Of a DNA stretch of 53,525 nucleotides, positions 1 to 8,580 are shown in pieces (within the stretch, counting starts at the first letter, position 1; each line of letters starts with the position of its first letter). The translations under genes and the position numbers were made by a program. Source of the DNA: an uncultured Rhodobacterales bacterium (lineage in GTDB: Bacteria; Pseudomonadota; Alphaproteobacteria; Rhodospirillales; CAJXLG01). Under the pieces are notes generated by a model. The model worked only from the letters and a program-made list of their open reading frames with translations. It was not told where the DNA came from and did no database searches. The stretch covers positions 1-53,525 of the forward strand of contig CAZHRQ010000001.1 of NCBI GenBank assembly GCA_964535075.1, given 5' to 3'.

Positions 1-127
1 AATGGGACCCGAGAATTGGGTCCCATTGACCGCGATAGGCTCTAGAGCGGATCGCACCCAATCGGGTTCACGCTGTGAACCGGATTGGGCGCGTGACTCC
101 GCTCTCTCTTTACTTGTTTGAGAGCGG
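1..127. repeat. Composite intergenic palindromic repeat: module A (cut by window edge), module B and linker
   Basis: GGGACCC-gagaatt-GGGTCCC head at 4-24 and a palindromic junction GCTCTAGAGC at 39-48. Then a GTTCAC-gct-GTGAAC head at 66-80 inside long imperfect arms ending CCGCTCT, followed by a CTCT..TTTGAGAGCGG linker. The same modules recur at 2280, 7151, 8498, 25556, 26470, 26978, 33421 and 39189. Confidence 0.85.
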
Positions 128-133
128 GAACCA

Positions 134-1087
134 TCAGGCGTCGGTGAGGCGGCCCATGGCCAGCAGCTTGGCGCGACGTTCGGCCTTCAGCGTTTCCCGG
201 TCGGCATGACGCAATTCCCCGAGGGCTTGATCAAGGTAAGCGCCGGCGCGGGCAATGGCGTCCTCGGGCGTGCGATGGGCTGCGCCCAGGGGTTCAGGCA
301 CCACGGCGTCGATCACCCCCAGACCCAGCAGGTCCTGGGCCGTGAGTTTCAGGGCTTCCGCCGCTTGCTGGGCCTGATCGCCGCTGCGCCACAGGATGGA
401 GGCGCACCCTTCCGGCGAGATCACCGAATAGACGGCGTGTTCCATCATCAGGATGCGGTTGCCCAGGGCGATGGCGATGGCCCCGCCGGAGCCGCCCTCG
501 CCGATCACTAAGCTCACCAGGGGCACGGTGACATCCACGCAGGTTTCGATGCAGCGGGCAATGGCTTCGGCTTGTCCCCGGGCTTCCGCATCCACGCCGG
601 GATAGGCGCCGGCGGTGTCCACCAGGGTCAGGATGGGCATGTTGAAACGGTCCGCCATGGCCATGAGGCGCCGGGCCTTGCGATAGCCCTCGGGCCGGGC
701 CATGCCAAAGTTGTGGGCCAGCCGGCTGGCGGTGTCGTGGCCCCGTTCGAGACCGATGATCATCACCGCCCGCCCCCGGAACCGGCCGGGACCGCCCACG
801 ATGGCCGCGTCCTCGCCGAAACAGCGGTCGCCGGCCAGGGGCTCGAAGTCCTCGATCAAAGCGGAAACATAGTCATTGAAGTGGGGCCGGTCGGGATGAC
901 GGGCCACCTGGGTTTTCTGCCATGGCGTAAGCCGCGCATAGGTGTGCTTGAGCTGCTTGTCCACCTTGGTTTGCAGTTTGGCGATTTCTTCCTCGATATT
1001 GAGGTCCTCGCCGTCCTGCAGGTGCCGCAGTTCCTCGATCTTGCCTTCCAGTTCGGCCACCGGGCGCTCGAATTCCAGGAAATTCAT
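134..1087 (-). CDS. accA: Acetyl-CoA carboxylase carboxyltransferase alpha subunit
   Basis: 317-aa ORF. The N-terminus [21 protein letters not shown] and the core ..[47 protein letters not shown].. are characteristic of AccA. Confidence 0.95.
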   Translation of the reverse strand: MNFLEFERPVAELEGKIEELRHLQDGEDLNIEEEIAKLQTKVDKQLKHTYARLTPWQKTQVARHPDRPHFNDYVSALIEDFEPLAGDRCFGEDAAIVGGPGRFRGRAVMIIGLERGHDTASRLAHNFGMARPEGYRKARRLMAMADRFNMPILTLVDTAGAYPGVDAEARGQAEAIARCIETCVDVTVPLVSLVIGEGGSGGAIAIALGNRILMMEHAVYSVISPEGCASILWRSGDQAQQAAEALKLTAQDLLGLGVIDAVVPEPLGAAHRTPEDAIARAGAYLDQALGELRHADRETLKAERRAKLLAMGRLTDA

Positions 1088-1145
1088 GGCGGGAGGTTCT
1101 CCGTGGGGGGCATGAGGGCGGCGGGAAAACGGGGTGCCAACAGGC

Positions 1146-2003
1146 TCAGGGCAGTGGCGCGCGCAGGCCGCTCACCAGGGCGGCATAATCGGGCTCGTTA
1201 TCGGGCGTGATATACCCGTGCCGGATCAGGAAGTCCAGAATCACCAGATTAACGTTGCGTTTAAAGATGTCCGGTGACCGGAGCCTCTCCATGACCTCGG
1301 GAATCGACAGGCGTTGAAAGCCCACCAGCTCGCCATCGGTGTTGCGGGGGGTGAAGGAGTCGGGGACGCTCAGATCATAACAGAACAGGGTATCGGGCTT
1401 CAGACCCCGGTCTTCCTCCAGGCAGTAGCGGACCAGCCCCACGGGTCGGGCGGAACGGGCCAGGGGCTCGGGAATATCGGCCTCTTCGGCTGCTTCCTTG
1501 CACAGATTGTCGAGGGCGGTGTAGCCGTTGGGCAAGCCGCCCGCCACCAGATTGTCCAGCTTGTTGGGCTCCACCGGCTTGGTGGGGCTGCGCCGGGCGA
1601 TCCACAGGGCGGGGGTGCCGTCCTCGGTGTGGGTGAGGCCGTTCAGGTGCACGCCATAGGCCCGGATGCCGAAAAAAGGCACGGCCCCCCGGTCCAGCCA
1701 GAACAGCGGCGGGTCGAGAAAATCCCGTCCCACGCGATAGGCCTCATGGCGCAGGGTGATCAGACCGTGCCCGGCCAGCGTGGCGGCCACCTCGGCCATG
1801 CGGGTGCTGCGCTCGGCCGGGGTGCCGGGATCGGTGGCCAGGCGCACCCCCTCAGCGGAGACGGTTAACGGTACGTCCATGTCCGCCAGCAGGGCACAAT
1901 GATCCCCGCGGACCCACCCCAGCGGGGTTTCCGCCACCACAAACGGTCGAAGCCGCCCCAGGTCGTGGCGGTTGCACTGGTGAACATGATCAAGAAAGCG
2001 CAT
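1146..2003 (-). CDS. Nudix-family hydrolase with an N-terminal extension (DUF4743-like)
   Basis: Nudix-box-like [25 protein letters not shown] in the C-terminal half. Start placed at ATG 2003 ([11 protein letters not shown]..) because the longer ORF start at 2039 is TTG. Confidence 0.7.
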   Translation of the reverse strand: MRFLDHVHQCNRHDLGRLRPFVVAETPLGWVRGDHCALLADMDVPLTVSAEGVRLATDPGTPAERSTRMAEVAATLAGHGLITLRHEAYRVGRDFLDPPLFWLDRGAVPFFGIRAYGVHLNGLTHTEDGTPALWIARRSPTKPVEPNKLDNLVAGGLPNGYTALDNLCKEAAEEADIPEPLARSARPVGLVRYCLEEDRGLKPDTLFCYDLSVPDSFTPRNTDGELVGFQRLSIPEVMERLRSPDIFKRNVNLVILDFLIRHGYITPDNEPDYAALVSGLRAPLP

Positions 2004-2008
2004 GGTTC

Positions 2009-2284
2009 TCAGGGTAGGGGGCGCCGGCCGGTTTGGCAAGCCGGGGGATGGCGTACGGATGGCGTACGCGCCCCATGCCTGGGGGAATACAGAGCCTCAC
2101 GGACCATCCGCAGCCAGGTGATCTTGACCTCGGTGAGCGTGTCGAAGGCGTTCAGGAGGTTGTCCCGGCCCTGACCGGACTGGCCCAAGCCACCGAAAGG
2201 CGCGGTGATGCCGCTCTCGTCCCAGTTGTTGGCGCCCACGGGGCCCGCCCGGACGTCCCGGGTTACCCGATAGGCGCGACCGCT
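2009..2284 (-). pseudogene. 3' fragment of an aldehyde dehydrogenase gene, truncated at a repeat
   Basis: Minus-frame translation RAYRVTRDVRAGPVGANNWDESGITAPFGGLGQSGQGRDNLLNAFDTLTEVKITWLRM matches the conserved ALDH C-terminus (PFGG.K.SG.GRE...E.K). Only about 60 homologous codons are present. The frame is closed upstream by TAG (2285-2287) inside the repeat, and no catalytic domain follows. Confidence 0.7.
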
Positions 2285-2362
2285 CTAAAACAAATAGATA
2301 GAGCCGAGTCACGCCGTCACTGGAACCCGAAAAGGGGTCCCAGCGACGGCGATCCACTCTAG
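2280..2362. repeat. Module A palindromic repeat (diverged copy) with AT-rich linker
   Basis: CCGCTCTAAAACAAATAGATAGAGCCGAGTCAC-GCCGTCACTGGAACCC-gaaaag-GGGTCCCAGCGACGGC-GATCCACTCTAG. Same architecture as 26978-27061, with paired substitutions in the stem. Confidence 0.8.
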
Positions 2363-2409
2363 GCCCGTCCCCCACCATGCGGCCATCGGCGACCCGGGTG
2401 GTCATGGCC

Positions 2410-2880
2410 TCACTCGCTGTGGCTGGCACCGGTCTCCTCGGCCTCTTCGTTCAGGGCCTCCACCGCCGCCGTCGCTTGTTCGGGGCTGGCCCCCGCGGCG
2501 GCGTGGCAGCTGTCGCACTCGTCAGCGATCACCTTGGGTACGTGCAGGATGCCAGGAAGATGGGACATGGCCCCATGATCCGCCGCCATGCCATGGGCCT
2601 TGGCCCACGCTTCGGTAGATTTGCGTTGGTGTTCTCCCGGCGCCTCGTTGTGGGCGCGGAAAGAGAACAGCATGCGCTGGCACACCCGCGCCGTATCCTC
2701 GGGCGTGGCGTTTTCAGGGGCATGATGGAACACGGTCTTGTGGGCCGTGTCGTCGTTCAGGAAGGCGGTGCAGTCCTTCATGAAGGTCTCGGGGTCGTCC
2801 ACGGGCCAGGCCAGGGCCGGCGCCGCCGCCAGCAGGACCGCCGCCACGGGCACGAGATGTCGGGCAAAAACAGGCATCAT
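2410..2880 (-). CDS. Class II c-type cytochrome (cytochrome c'/c-556-like), secreted
   Basis: Signal peptide MMPVFARHLVPVAAVLLAAAPALA. A single CXXCH haem motif (CDSCH) lies near the C-terminal end of a ~130-aa helical body, as in class II cytochromes c. Confidence 0.7.
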   Translation of the reverse strand: MMPVFARHLVPVAAVLLAAAPALAWPVDDPETFMKDCTAFLNDDTAHKTVFHHAPENATPEDTARVCQRMLFSFRAHNEAPGEHQRKSTEAWAKAHGMAADHGAMSHLPGILHVPKVIADECDSCHAAAGASPEQATAAVEALNEEAEETGASHSE

Positions 2881-3054
2881 TAAGACTCCCTGATGTCAGG
2901 CAGATCAAGAAAACAGGCCTTGCCCCCGAGGGGATAGGCATGCCGGCTGGCACACGCCCAGGGTGAAGGGCCTTGCGCCACCATAGCACCGGCCCCATCC
3001 TCACAGCTAATGGCGCTTCCTTGAAGATTGACGGGATCAGGATGGAGAAACGGG

Positions 3055-4155
3055 ATGCGGATCGGAGTGCCTGGGGAGATCAAGGTGCATGAGTACCGGG
3101 TGGCGCTGACGCCCGGCACGGTGCGGGAACTGGTGCAGCGTGGCCACGGTGTGATCGTGCAAACGGGCGCCGGTACCGGGGTGGGGTTCGAGGACGCTCG
3201 GTACCAGCAGGCCGGCGCGGAGATTGCCCCCGATGCCGCCGCTGTTTGGGCGGGGGCGGACCTGGTGGTCAAGGTCAAGGAACCTCAGCCGGAGGAATAT
3301 GGCTTCCTGCGCGGCAACCAGATGCTGTTCACCTATCTGCATCTGGCGGCGGCGCCGGCCCTGGCGCGGGCGTTGCAGGACGCGGGCACCACCGCCCTGG
3401 CCTATGAGACGGTGACCGAGCCCGGCGGCGGCCTGCCCCTGTTGCGCCCCATGAGCGTGATCGCCGGGCGGCTGGCGGTGCAGGCCGGCGCCCACTGTCT
3501 GGAAAAGGCCCAGGGCGGTCGGGGCGTGCTGCTGGGCGGGGTGCCGGGGGTGGCGGCGGCCCGGGTGGTGGTCCTGGGCGGCGGTGTGGTGGGCCGCAAC
3601 GCCACCCGCATGGCCTTGGGATTGGAGGCCCACGTGACGGTGATCGACCGGGCCCCGGCGGTGCTGGAAGCGGTGGATGCCGCCTTTGGGCCCCGGGTGG
3701 ACACGGTGCATTCTTCCCTGGACGCGGTAGAGGCCCATTGTCGGGACGCCGATTTGGTGATCGGTGCGGTGCTGGTGCCGGGGGACACGGCGCCCCGGCT
3801 GGTAACCCGCGACATGGTGGCGGCCATGCGGCCCGGATCGGTCCTGGTGGACGTGGCCATCGACCAGGGCGGTTGTTTCGAGACCAGCCGCCCCACGACC
3901 CATGCCGAGCCCACCTATGCGGTGGAGGGCGTGGTGCACTATGCGGTGACCAACATGCCGGGCGCGGTGGCGCTGACGGCCACCCAGGCCCTGACTCACG
4001 CCACCTTGCCCTATGTGCTGGCCCTGGCGGAAAACACCTGGCGCGACGATCCCCACCTGCGGGCGGGGGTGAACGTGTGTGCCGGCCGCATCACCCACCC
4101 GGCCGTGGCGCACGGCCTGGGCACTCATGCCACCGATCTGGAGTCTGTGTTGTAA
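3055..4155 (+). CDS. ald: Alanine dehydrogenase
   Basis: MRIGVPGEIKVHEYRVALTPGTVRELV.. and the Rossmann VVVLGGGVVG motif. GGAGAAACGGG lies before ATG 3055, so the track ORF start at 3028 is an upstream extension. Confidence 0.93.
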   Translation: MRIGVPGEIKVHEYRVALTPGTVRELVQRGHGVIVQTGAGTGVGFEDARYQQAGAEIAPDAAAVWAGADLVVKVKEPQPEEYGFLRGNQMLFTYLHLAAAPALARALQDAGTTALAYETVTEPGGGLPLLRPMSVIAGRLAVQAGAHCLEKAQGGRGVLLGGVPGVAAARVVVLGGGVVGRNATRMALGLEAHVTVIDRAPAVLEAVDAAFGPRVDTVHSSLDAVEAHCRDADLVIGAVLVPGDTAPRLVTRDMVAAMRPGSVLVDVAIDQGGCFETSRPTTHAEPTYAVEGVVHYAVTNMPGAVALTATQALTHATLPYVLALAENTWRDDPHLRAGVNVCAGRITHPAVAHGLGTHATDLESVL

Positions 4156-4156
4156 G

Positions 4157-4191
4157 GCCGGGAGCCAGGGGACAGGCCCATGGCTCCCGGC
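4157..4191 (+). terminator. Perfect 11-bp stem-loop directly after the ald stop (terminator-like, no U tract)
   Basis: GCCGGGAGCCA (4157-4167) / TGGCTCCCGGC (4181-4191) with a 13-nt loop, between convergent ald and ppk. No T run on either strand, so intrinsic termination is uncertain. Confidence 0.35.
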
Positions 4192-4229
4192 AAAGAGGGC
4201 TCCCGGCAAAGAGGGCGCCCGGCAGAGCG
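4182..4229. repeat. 16-bp direct tandem repeat, three units
   Basis: GGCTCCCGGCAAAGAG (4182-4197), GGCTCCCGGCAAAGAG (4198-4213), GGCGCCCGGCAGAGCG (4214-4229). Unit 1 overlaps the right arm of the hairpin. Confidence 0.85.
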
Positions 4230-4248
4230 GGTATCCTGGTAACGCGGA

Positions 4249-6399
4249 TCAGTCCTGTTCGTCCCATTCCAGGTGACGCGGCACCTTGCGGCCGCGCTGG
4301 GTGGCCGTGCCCCGGCCGGAGAGGCTGGGGTTGGACATGAAGTATTCGTGGGCGCTGAAGGGTTCCTCGTTGCCCGGGGCCACCCGGGTGTAGGCGCCGT
4401 CCGCCTGCAATATCCACTTCTGCTGGTTGTCCTTCAGGTTGGCGATCATGATCTGATCCAGCACCTGACTGTGGACGGTGGGGTTCTCGATGGGCACGTA
4501 GGATTCCACGCGGTGGCGGAGATTGCGCTGCATCCAATCGGCGGAGGAGATGTAGACCTTGGCCTCCGGATGGGGCAGGGCCTTGCCGTTGCCGAAGCAC
4601 ACGATGCGCGAGTGCTCCAGGAAGCGGCCCACGATGGAATGCACGCGGATGTTCTCCGACAGCCCCGGCACCTGTGGCCGCAGGCAGCAGATGCCCCGCA
4701 CCACCAGGTCGATCTTCACCCCGGCCTGGGACGCCTCGTAGAGTCTGTCGATCACCTCCGGGTCCACCAGCGAGTTCATCTTGGCCCACAGGCAGGCGGG
4801 ACGGCCGGCGCGGGCGTGGGCGATTTCCTCGTCGATTTCGTCCAGCAGTTTCTGCAGCAGATAGGCCGGGGCGATGGCCAGCTTTTCCAGCTTGGGCGGC
4901 ACCGCGTAGCCGGTCATGTAGTTGAAGGCCCGGTTGGCATCCCGGCACAGCGCGGGATCGCAGGTGAAGAAGGACAGGTCGGTATAAATCTTGGCGGTGA
5001 TGGGGTGGTAGTTGCCGGTGCCGTAGTGCGCATAAGAGCGCAGGCCGCCACTTTCCCGCCGCACCACCAGCGCCACCTTGGCGTGGGTTTTCAGTTCCAC
5101 GAAGCCGAACACCACCTGGGCGCCCGCCCGTTCCAGATCGCGGGCCAGGCGGATGTTGGCCTCCTCGTCGAAGCGGGCCTTCAGTTCCACCATGGCGGTG
5201 ACGGCCTTACCGGCCTCCGCCGCCTGGATCAGCGCCTTGACGATGGGCGAATCCTTGCTGGTGCGGTACAGGGTCTGCTTGATGGCCACCACGTTGGGAT
5301 CCTGGGCCGCCTGCTGGACGAACTGCACCACCGTGTCGAAGGTTTCGTAGGGGTGGTGAACGATCAGGTCCTTTTTCCGCATGGCGGCGAAGCAATCGCC
5401 GCCGAAGTCACGCAGTCGTTCGGGAAATCGCGCCCGGTAGGGCCGAAACAACAGTTCCGGCCGCTCGTCGGTGATGATCTGCTTGATGTCCACCAGCCCC
5501 AGCAGGCCATCCACCTGGAAGGTGTCTTCCTCGCTCACATCCAGCTCGTCGCACACCAGATAGAGCAGTTCCTCCGGCATTTCGGCGTTGACGTTGAGGC
5601 TGATCACATGGCCGCGCCGGCGCCGCTTCAGGGCCGATTCGAACCAGCGCACCAGATCCTCCGCCTCTTCGTCCACTTCCATTTCCGAATCGCGGATCAC
5701 CCGGAAATAGCCGTAGTTCTGCACCGTAAAGCCCGGGAACAGATGGTGCAGGTTGAGGGCAACCACTTCTTCCATGGGCAGCAGGCGGGTTTCCTCCCCC
5801 GGCAGGCGCATGAAGCGTTCCACCTGGGCCGGCAGCGGCACCAGGGCCCGCATCACGTCCGTTTCGTCCTCCTTGAACAGGGACAGCAGCATGGCGAAGC
5901 CCAGGGAGGGGATGAAGGGGAAGGGGTGGGCCGGGTCGATGGCCAGAGGGGTCAGGCAGGGGAACACGTGTTCCAGGAAGCGCTGTTCCATCCAGCGGCG
6001 GTCGGCGGTGGAGAGTTCCTCCGGCGTGACCACGGTGATCTTGTGGCGGCGCAGTTCCTCCCGCAGCCCGATCCAGCAGCGTTGCTGCTCGTTGACCAGC
6101 TTGTCCACCTTGGTCTGGATGGCTTCCAGGGCCTGACCGGGGGTGCGGCCATCCTTAGAGGCGCGGGTCACCCCGGCTTCCACCTGGCCTTTCAGGCCCG
6201 CCACCCGCACGGAAAAGAACTCATCCAGGTTAGAGGCGGAAATGGACAGAAACCGCACCCGCTCCAGCAGCGGATGATTGAGATTGTCCGCTTCCTCCAT
6301 GACCCGGAAATTGAAGTCCAGCCAGGACAGTTCCCGGTTGATGAAACGGTCCCGGGATTCGGGGGCAGGTGACGCGGCGTGGGACTCACTGGATTCCAT
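4249..6399 (-). CDS. ppk: Polyphosphate kinase 1
   Basis: [34 protein letters not shown].. and full-length PPK1 architecture. Start set at ATG 6399 (MESSESH), preceded by GGAGG. Confidence 0.95.
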   Translation of the reverse strand: MESSESHAASPAPESRDRFINRELSWLDFNFRVMEEADNLNHPLLERVRFLSISASNLDEFFSVRVAGLKGQVEAGVTRASKDGRTPGQALEAIQTKVDKLVNEQQRCWIGLREELRRHKITVVTPEELSTADRRWMEQRFLEHVFPCLTPLAIDPAHPFPFIPSLGFAMLLSLFKEDETDVMRALVPLPAQVERFMRLPGEETRLLPMEEVVALNLHHLFPGFTVQNYGYFRVIRDSEMEVDEEAEDLVRWFESALKRRRRGHVISLNVNAEMPEELLYLVCDELDVSEEDTFQVDGLLGLVDIKQIITDERPELLFRPYRARFPERLRDFGGDCFAAMRKKDLIVHHPYETFDTVVQFVQQAAQDPNVVAIKQTLYRTSKDSPIVKALIQAAEAGKAVTAMVELKARFDEEANIRLARDLERAGAQVVFGFVELKTHAKVALVVRRESGGLRSYAHYGTGNYHPITAKIYTDLSFFTCDPALCRDANRAFNYMTGYAVPPKLEKLAIAPAYLLQKLLDEIDEEIAHARAGRPACLWAKMNSLVDPEVIDRLYEASQAGVKIDLVVRGICCLRPQVPGLSENIRVHSIVGRFLEHSRIVCFGNGKALPHPEAKVYISSADWMQRNLRHRVESYVPIENPTVHSQVLDQIMIANLKDNQQKWILQADGAYTRVAPGNEEPFSAHEYFMSNPSLSGRGTATQRGRKVPRHLEWDEQD

Positions 6400-6634
6400 G
6401 ATGATACCTCCGGGCTCGGCGCGAAGTGGTGCGGACACGTGATCTTATACCAGGATGCCACGAGAAAGACTCAGTACATCCCGCTTCTGCGTAAAGGGGT
6501 CGGGTGAAAATGTGTCGCTGCCCCCTTGATCGCGGGCGCCGGAAGAGCGAGATTCCCCCCTTCCCACGATCCGCGCTGACGCAGGTCACGACACCGTGGA
6601 CCCCAATGTCTACCCCCGAAGGCAGGCCCACCGT

Positions 6635-7153
6635 ATGAAGACTCTGTTACTGCTGCGACACGCCAAGTCCAGCTGGGACGATCCCACCCTCGCCGATGAA
6701 GACCGGCCGCTGGCCCCTCGGGGACGCAAGGCCGCCCCGCGCATGGGGCGCTATCTGGAGGAGGAGGGGCTCAAGCCCGACCTCATCCTGTGCTCGCCCA
6801 GCGTGCGCACCCGCGATACCCTGGCGCTGCTGGGGCCCGTGGGCGAGGGGATGCCCGTGCGTTTCGAGCCGACATTGTACCCCGGCACGCCCGAGGCCCT
6901 GTTGGACGCCCTGCACGCCGCTGACGACAGCGCCTCCCGGCTGCTGCTGATCGGGCACAATCCCGGCATGGAAATCCTCGCCGCCCAGATCACCGATACC
7001 GGCGATCCCGATAGCCGCGAGGCTTATCGTCGTATGAGCGAAAAATTCCCCACCGCTGCCCTGGCCGTGTTCGAGGCCCCCCTGAGCCACTGGGCCGACC
7101 TCGCCCTGGGCAGCCTGCGTTTCCGCACCTTCGTCCGGCCCCGGGACCTTTAG
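6635..7153 (+). CDS. Histidine phosphatase superfamily protein (SixA-like)
   Basis: MKTLLLLRHAKSSW (RHG-type catalytic motif) and LLLIGHNPGME. About 170 aa, as for SixA-type phosphohistidine phosphatases. The stop TAG (7151-7153) is the first 3 nt of a module B repeat. Confidence 0.8.
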   Translation: MKTLLLLRHAKSSWDDPTLADEDRPLAPRGRKAAPRMGRYLEEEGLKPDLILCSPSVRTRDTLALLGPVGEGMPVRFEPTLYPGTPEALLDALHAADDSASRLLLIGHNPGMEILAAQITDTGDPDSREAYRRMSEKFPTAALAVFEAPLSHWADLALGSLRFRTFVRPRDL

Positions 7154-7214
7154 GGCGGATTCACGCACCCAACCGGGTTCACAGCGTGAACCCGATTGGG
7201 GGCGATCCGCTCTA
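7151..7214. repeat. Module B palindromic repeat
   Basis: TAGGGCGGATTCACGCACCCAACCGGGTTCAC-agc-GTGAACCCGATTGGGGGCGATCCGCTCTA. Confidence 0.85.
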
Positions 7215-7245
7215 AGGGATGGGCCCGCCCAAGGAGATCGTTGCC

Positions 7246-8271
7246 ATGCGTCCTTTCGTCCGCATCTTGCTGCTTCTGGGAGGGGCGTTGGCCGCGACGG
7301 TCCCCGCCCGCGCCGCCGGGATTTCTGATTGTGTGCCCCTGGTCGCGGCCCGGCTGGACGGGGTGTTCGCGCCCCTGGCCGCCAGCACCCGCGCCCTGGC
7401 CCACGAGGTGGCGGCGCTCAGCAGTACCGCCCGGCCGCCCACGCCGGCCGTGGCCGCCCGCTGGCGTCAGGCCACAGTGCGAGAGGGAAAAGTGGTGGGC
7501 TTTCGCACCTGGGCCGGTGCCCTGGACGCGCCACCGGCCTATCAGGCGCCCCATCCCGCCTATTACACCTACGACGGCCCCCATGTCTCCCAGGCCAATC
7601 TGGCGCGGCTGGGGCTGTTTCGCCGGCTGGTGCCGCTGTTCCGCGCCACCCACAACACCTTCGGCCATGCGTGGACCTATCTCACCACCGCCGACGACAT
7701 GATGCTGCTGTACCCCTACCTGCCGCTGGGGCAGGCGGTGAACAACCAGCCGCCCACCCGGCAGGTGTTCTATACGGTGGCCGCCGAGGGCCGCACCGGC
7801 TGGACCCCGCCGTATCTGGATCTGGCGGGAGCGGGCATGATGGTCACCGTTTCCTCCCCGGTGAAGAAGGGCGGCAACCTGTTGGGCGTGGTGTCTCACG
7901 ACGTGACGCTGGCGGATCTTTCCGGCACGGTGCTGGCGCCGCTGGTGGCCGACTCTGGTCGGGTGGCGTGGCTGGTGGACGACAACGGGCGCGCCGTGGC
8001 CGTGAGCGATCCCGCCCTGGCCCGGGAGCTGGAAGACGTTAATACCAAGGCCAAGGCGGCGGTGCTCCATTACGAGGCGGGAGATACCCCGGCGCGGGTG
8101 ACCTCGGCCACGGCGTGGATCAATACCGCCACCACCACCGTCCGGGCCGCGTTGGCCAGGGCCCAGTCGGAGGCGGTCGTTACGGTAACGGCGGCGGAGC
8201 GAACCGTCACCGCCACCCGGCTGAAAACCCTGCCCTGGGTGGTGCTGCTGGCGGAGGCCCCCGATGACTGA
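7246..8271 (+). CDS. Secreted Cache-domain protein with no transmembrane or output domain
   Basis: AAGGAG 8 nt before ATG 7246 and signal peptide MRPFVRILLLLGGALAATVPARA. Cache-like core ..WTPPYLDLAGAGMMVTVSSPVKKGGNLLGVVSHDVTLADLS... The protein ends where a sensor's TM2 would normally begin. Confidence 0.7.
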   Translation: MRPFVRILLLLGGALAATVPARAAGISDCVPLVAARLDGVFAPLAASTRALAHEVAALSSTARPPTPAVAARWRQATVREGKVVGFRTWAGALDAPPAYQAPHPAYYTYDGPHVSQANLARLGLFRRLVPLFRATHNTFGHAWTYLTTADDMMLLYPYLPLGQAVNNQPPTRQVFYTVAAEGRTGWTPPYLDLAGAGMMVTVSSPVKKGGNLLGVVSHDVTLADLSGTVLAPLVADSGRVAWLVDDNGRAVAVSDPALARELEDVNTKAKAAVLHYEAGDTPARVTSATAWINTATTTVRAALARAQSEAVVTVTAAERTVTATRLKTLPWVVLLAEAPDD

Positions 8272-8500
8272 AATCCAGGCCGTGACCGTGATGATCCAGT
8301 TGGCCGAATGCCCCACGGAGGAGACCCTCGGCGCCTTGGAACGGACCCTGGGTCGCGTGCCCGGGGTGCTGATGGTGGAGGCCGTGGGGCATCTGCCGCG
8401 CATGGTGCGGGTGGATTACGACCCGGCCCGCGCCACGGCGGAGGCGGTGCTGGCGGTGGTCACCGGCGCGGGGCATGAGGCGCGGCTGGTGGGATTCTAG
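8264..8500 (+). CDS. Small HMA-like (ferredoxin-fold) protein lacking the CxxC metal site
   Basis: 78 aa, overlapping the upstream gene by 8 nt. The beta-alpha-beta-beta-alpha-beta pattern VTVMIQLAE / EETLGALERTLGRVPGV / MVRVDYDP / AEAVLAVVTGAGHEA mirrors heavy-metal-associated domains, but only one Cys is present. The stop TAG is the first 3 nt of a module A repeat. Confidence 0.55.
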   Translation: MTEIQAVTVMIQLAECPTEETLGALERTLGRVPGVLMVEAVGHLPRMVRVDYDPARATAEAVLAVVTGAGHEARLVGF

Positions 8501-8580
8501 AGCCGATCGCGGTCAATAGGACCCAATTCTCGGGTCCGATTGACCGCGTGAATCGGCTCTATCTGTTTGTTTTAGAGCGG
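8498..8580. repeat. Module A palindromic repeat, linker and B-stub
   Basis: TAGAGCCGATCGCGGTCAATAGGACCC-aattctc-GGGTCCGATTGACCGCGTGAATCGGCTCTA, then TCTGTTTGTTTTAGAGCGG. It provides stop codons for both convergent flanking genes. Confidence 0.85.

Noticed and set aside
2033-2362. A conserved peptide, AL[NK]QIDRA[DE]SR.., that appears when repeat copies are translated (ORFs 2033-2362, 26485-26898, 26803-27045)
   Set aside because: The similarity is a by-product of the DNA repeat. The differences between copies are paired stem substitutions that change amino acids freely, and most copies have no start codon or SD. Only the 26965 micro-ORF is flagged separately because of its SD.
4273-6372. 699-aa ORF on the plus strand opposite ppk
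   Set aside because: Antisense shadow of a well-supported gene. The translation is G/H/V/R/Q-rich and not protein-like. Long stop-free antisense frames are expected at this GC content.
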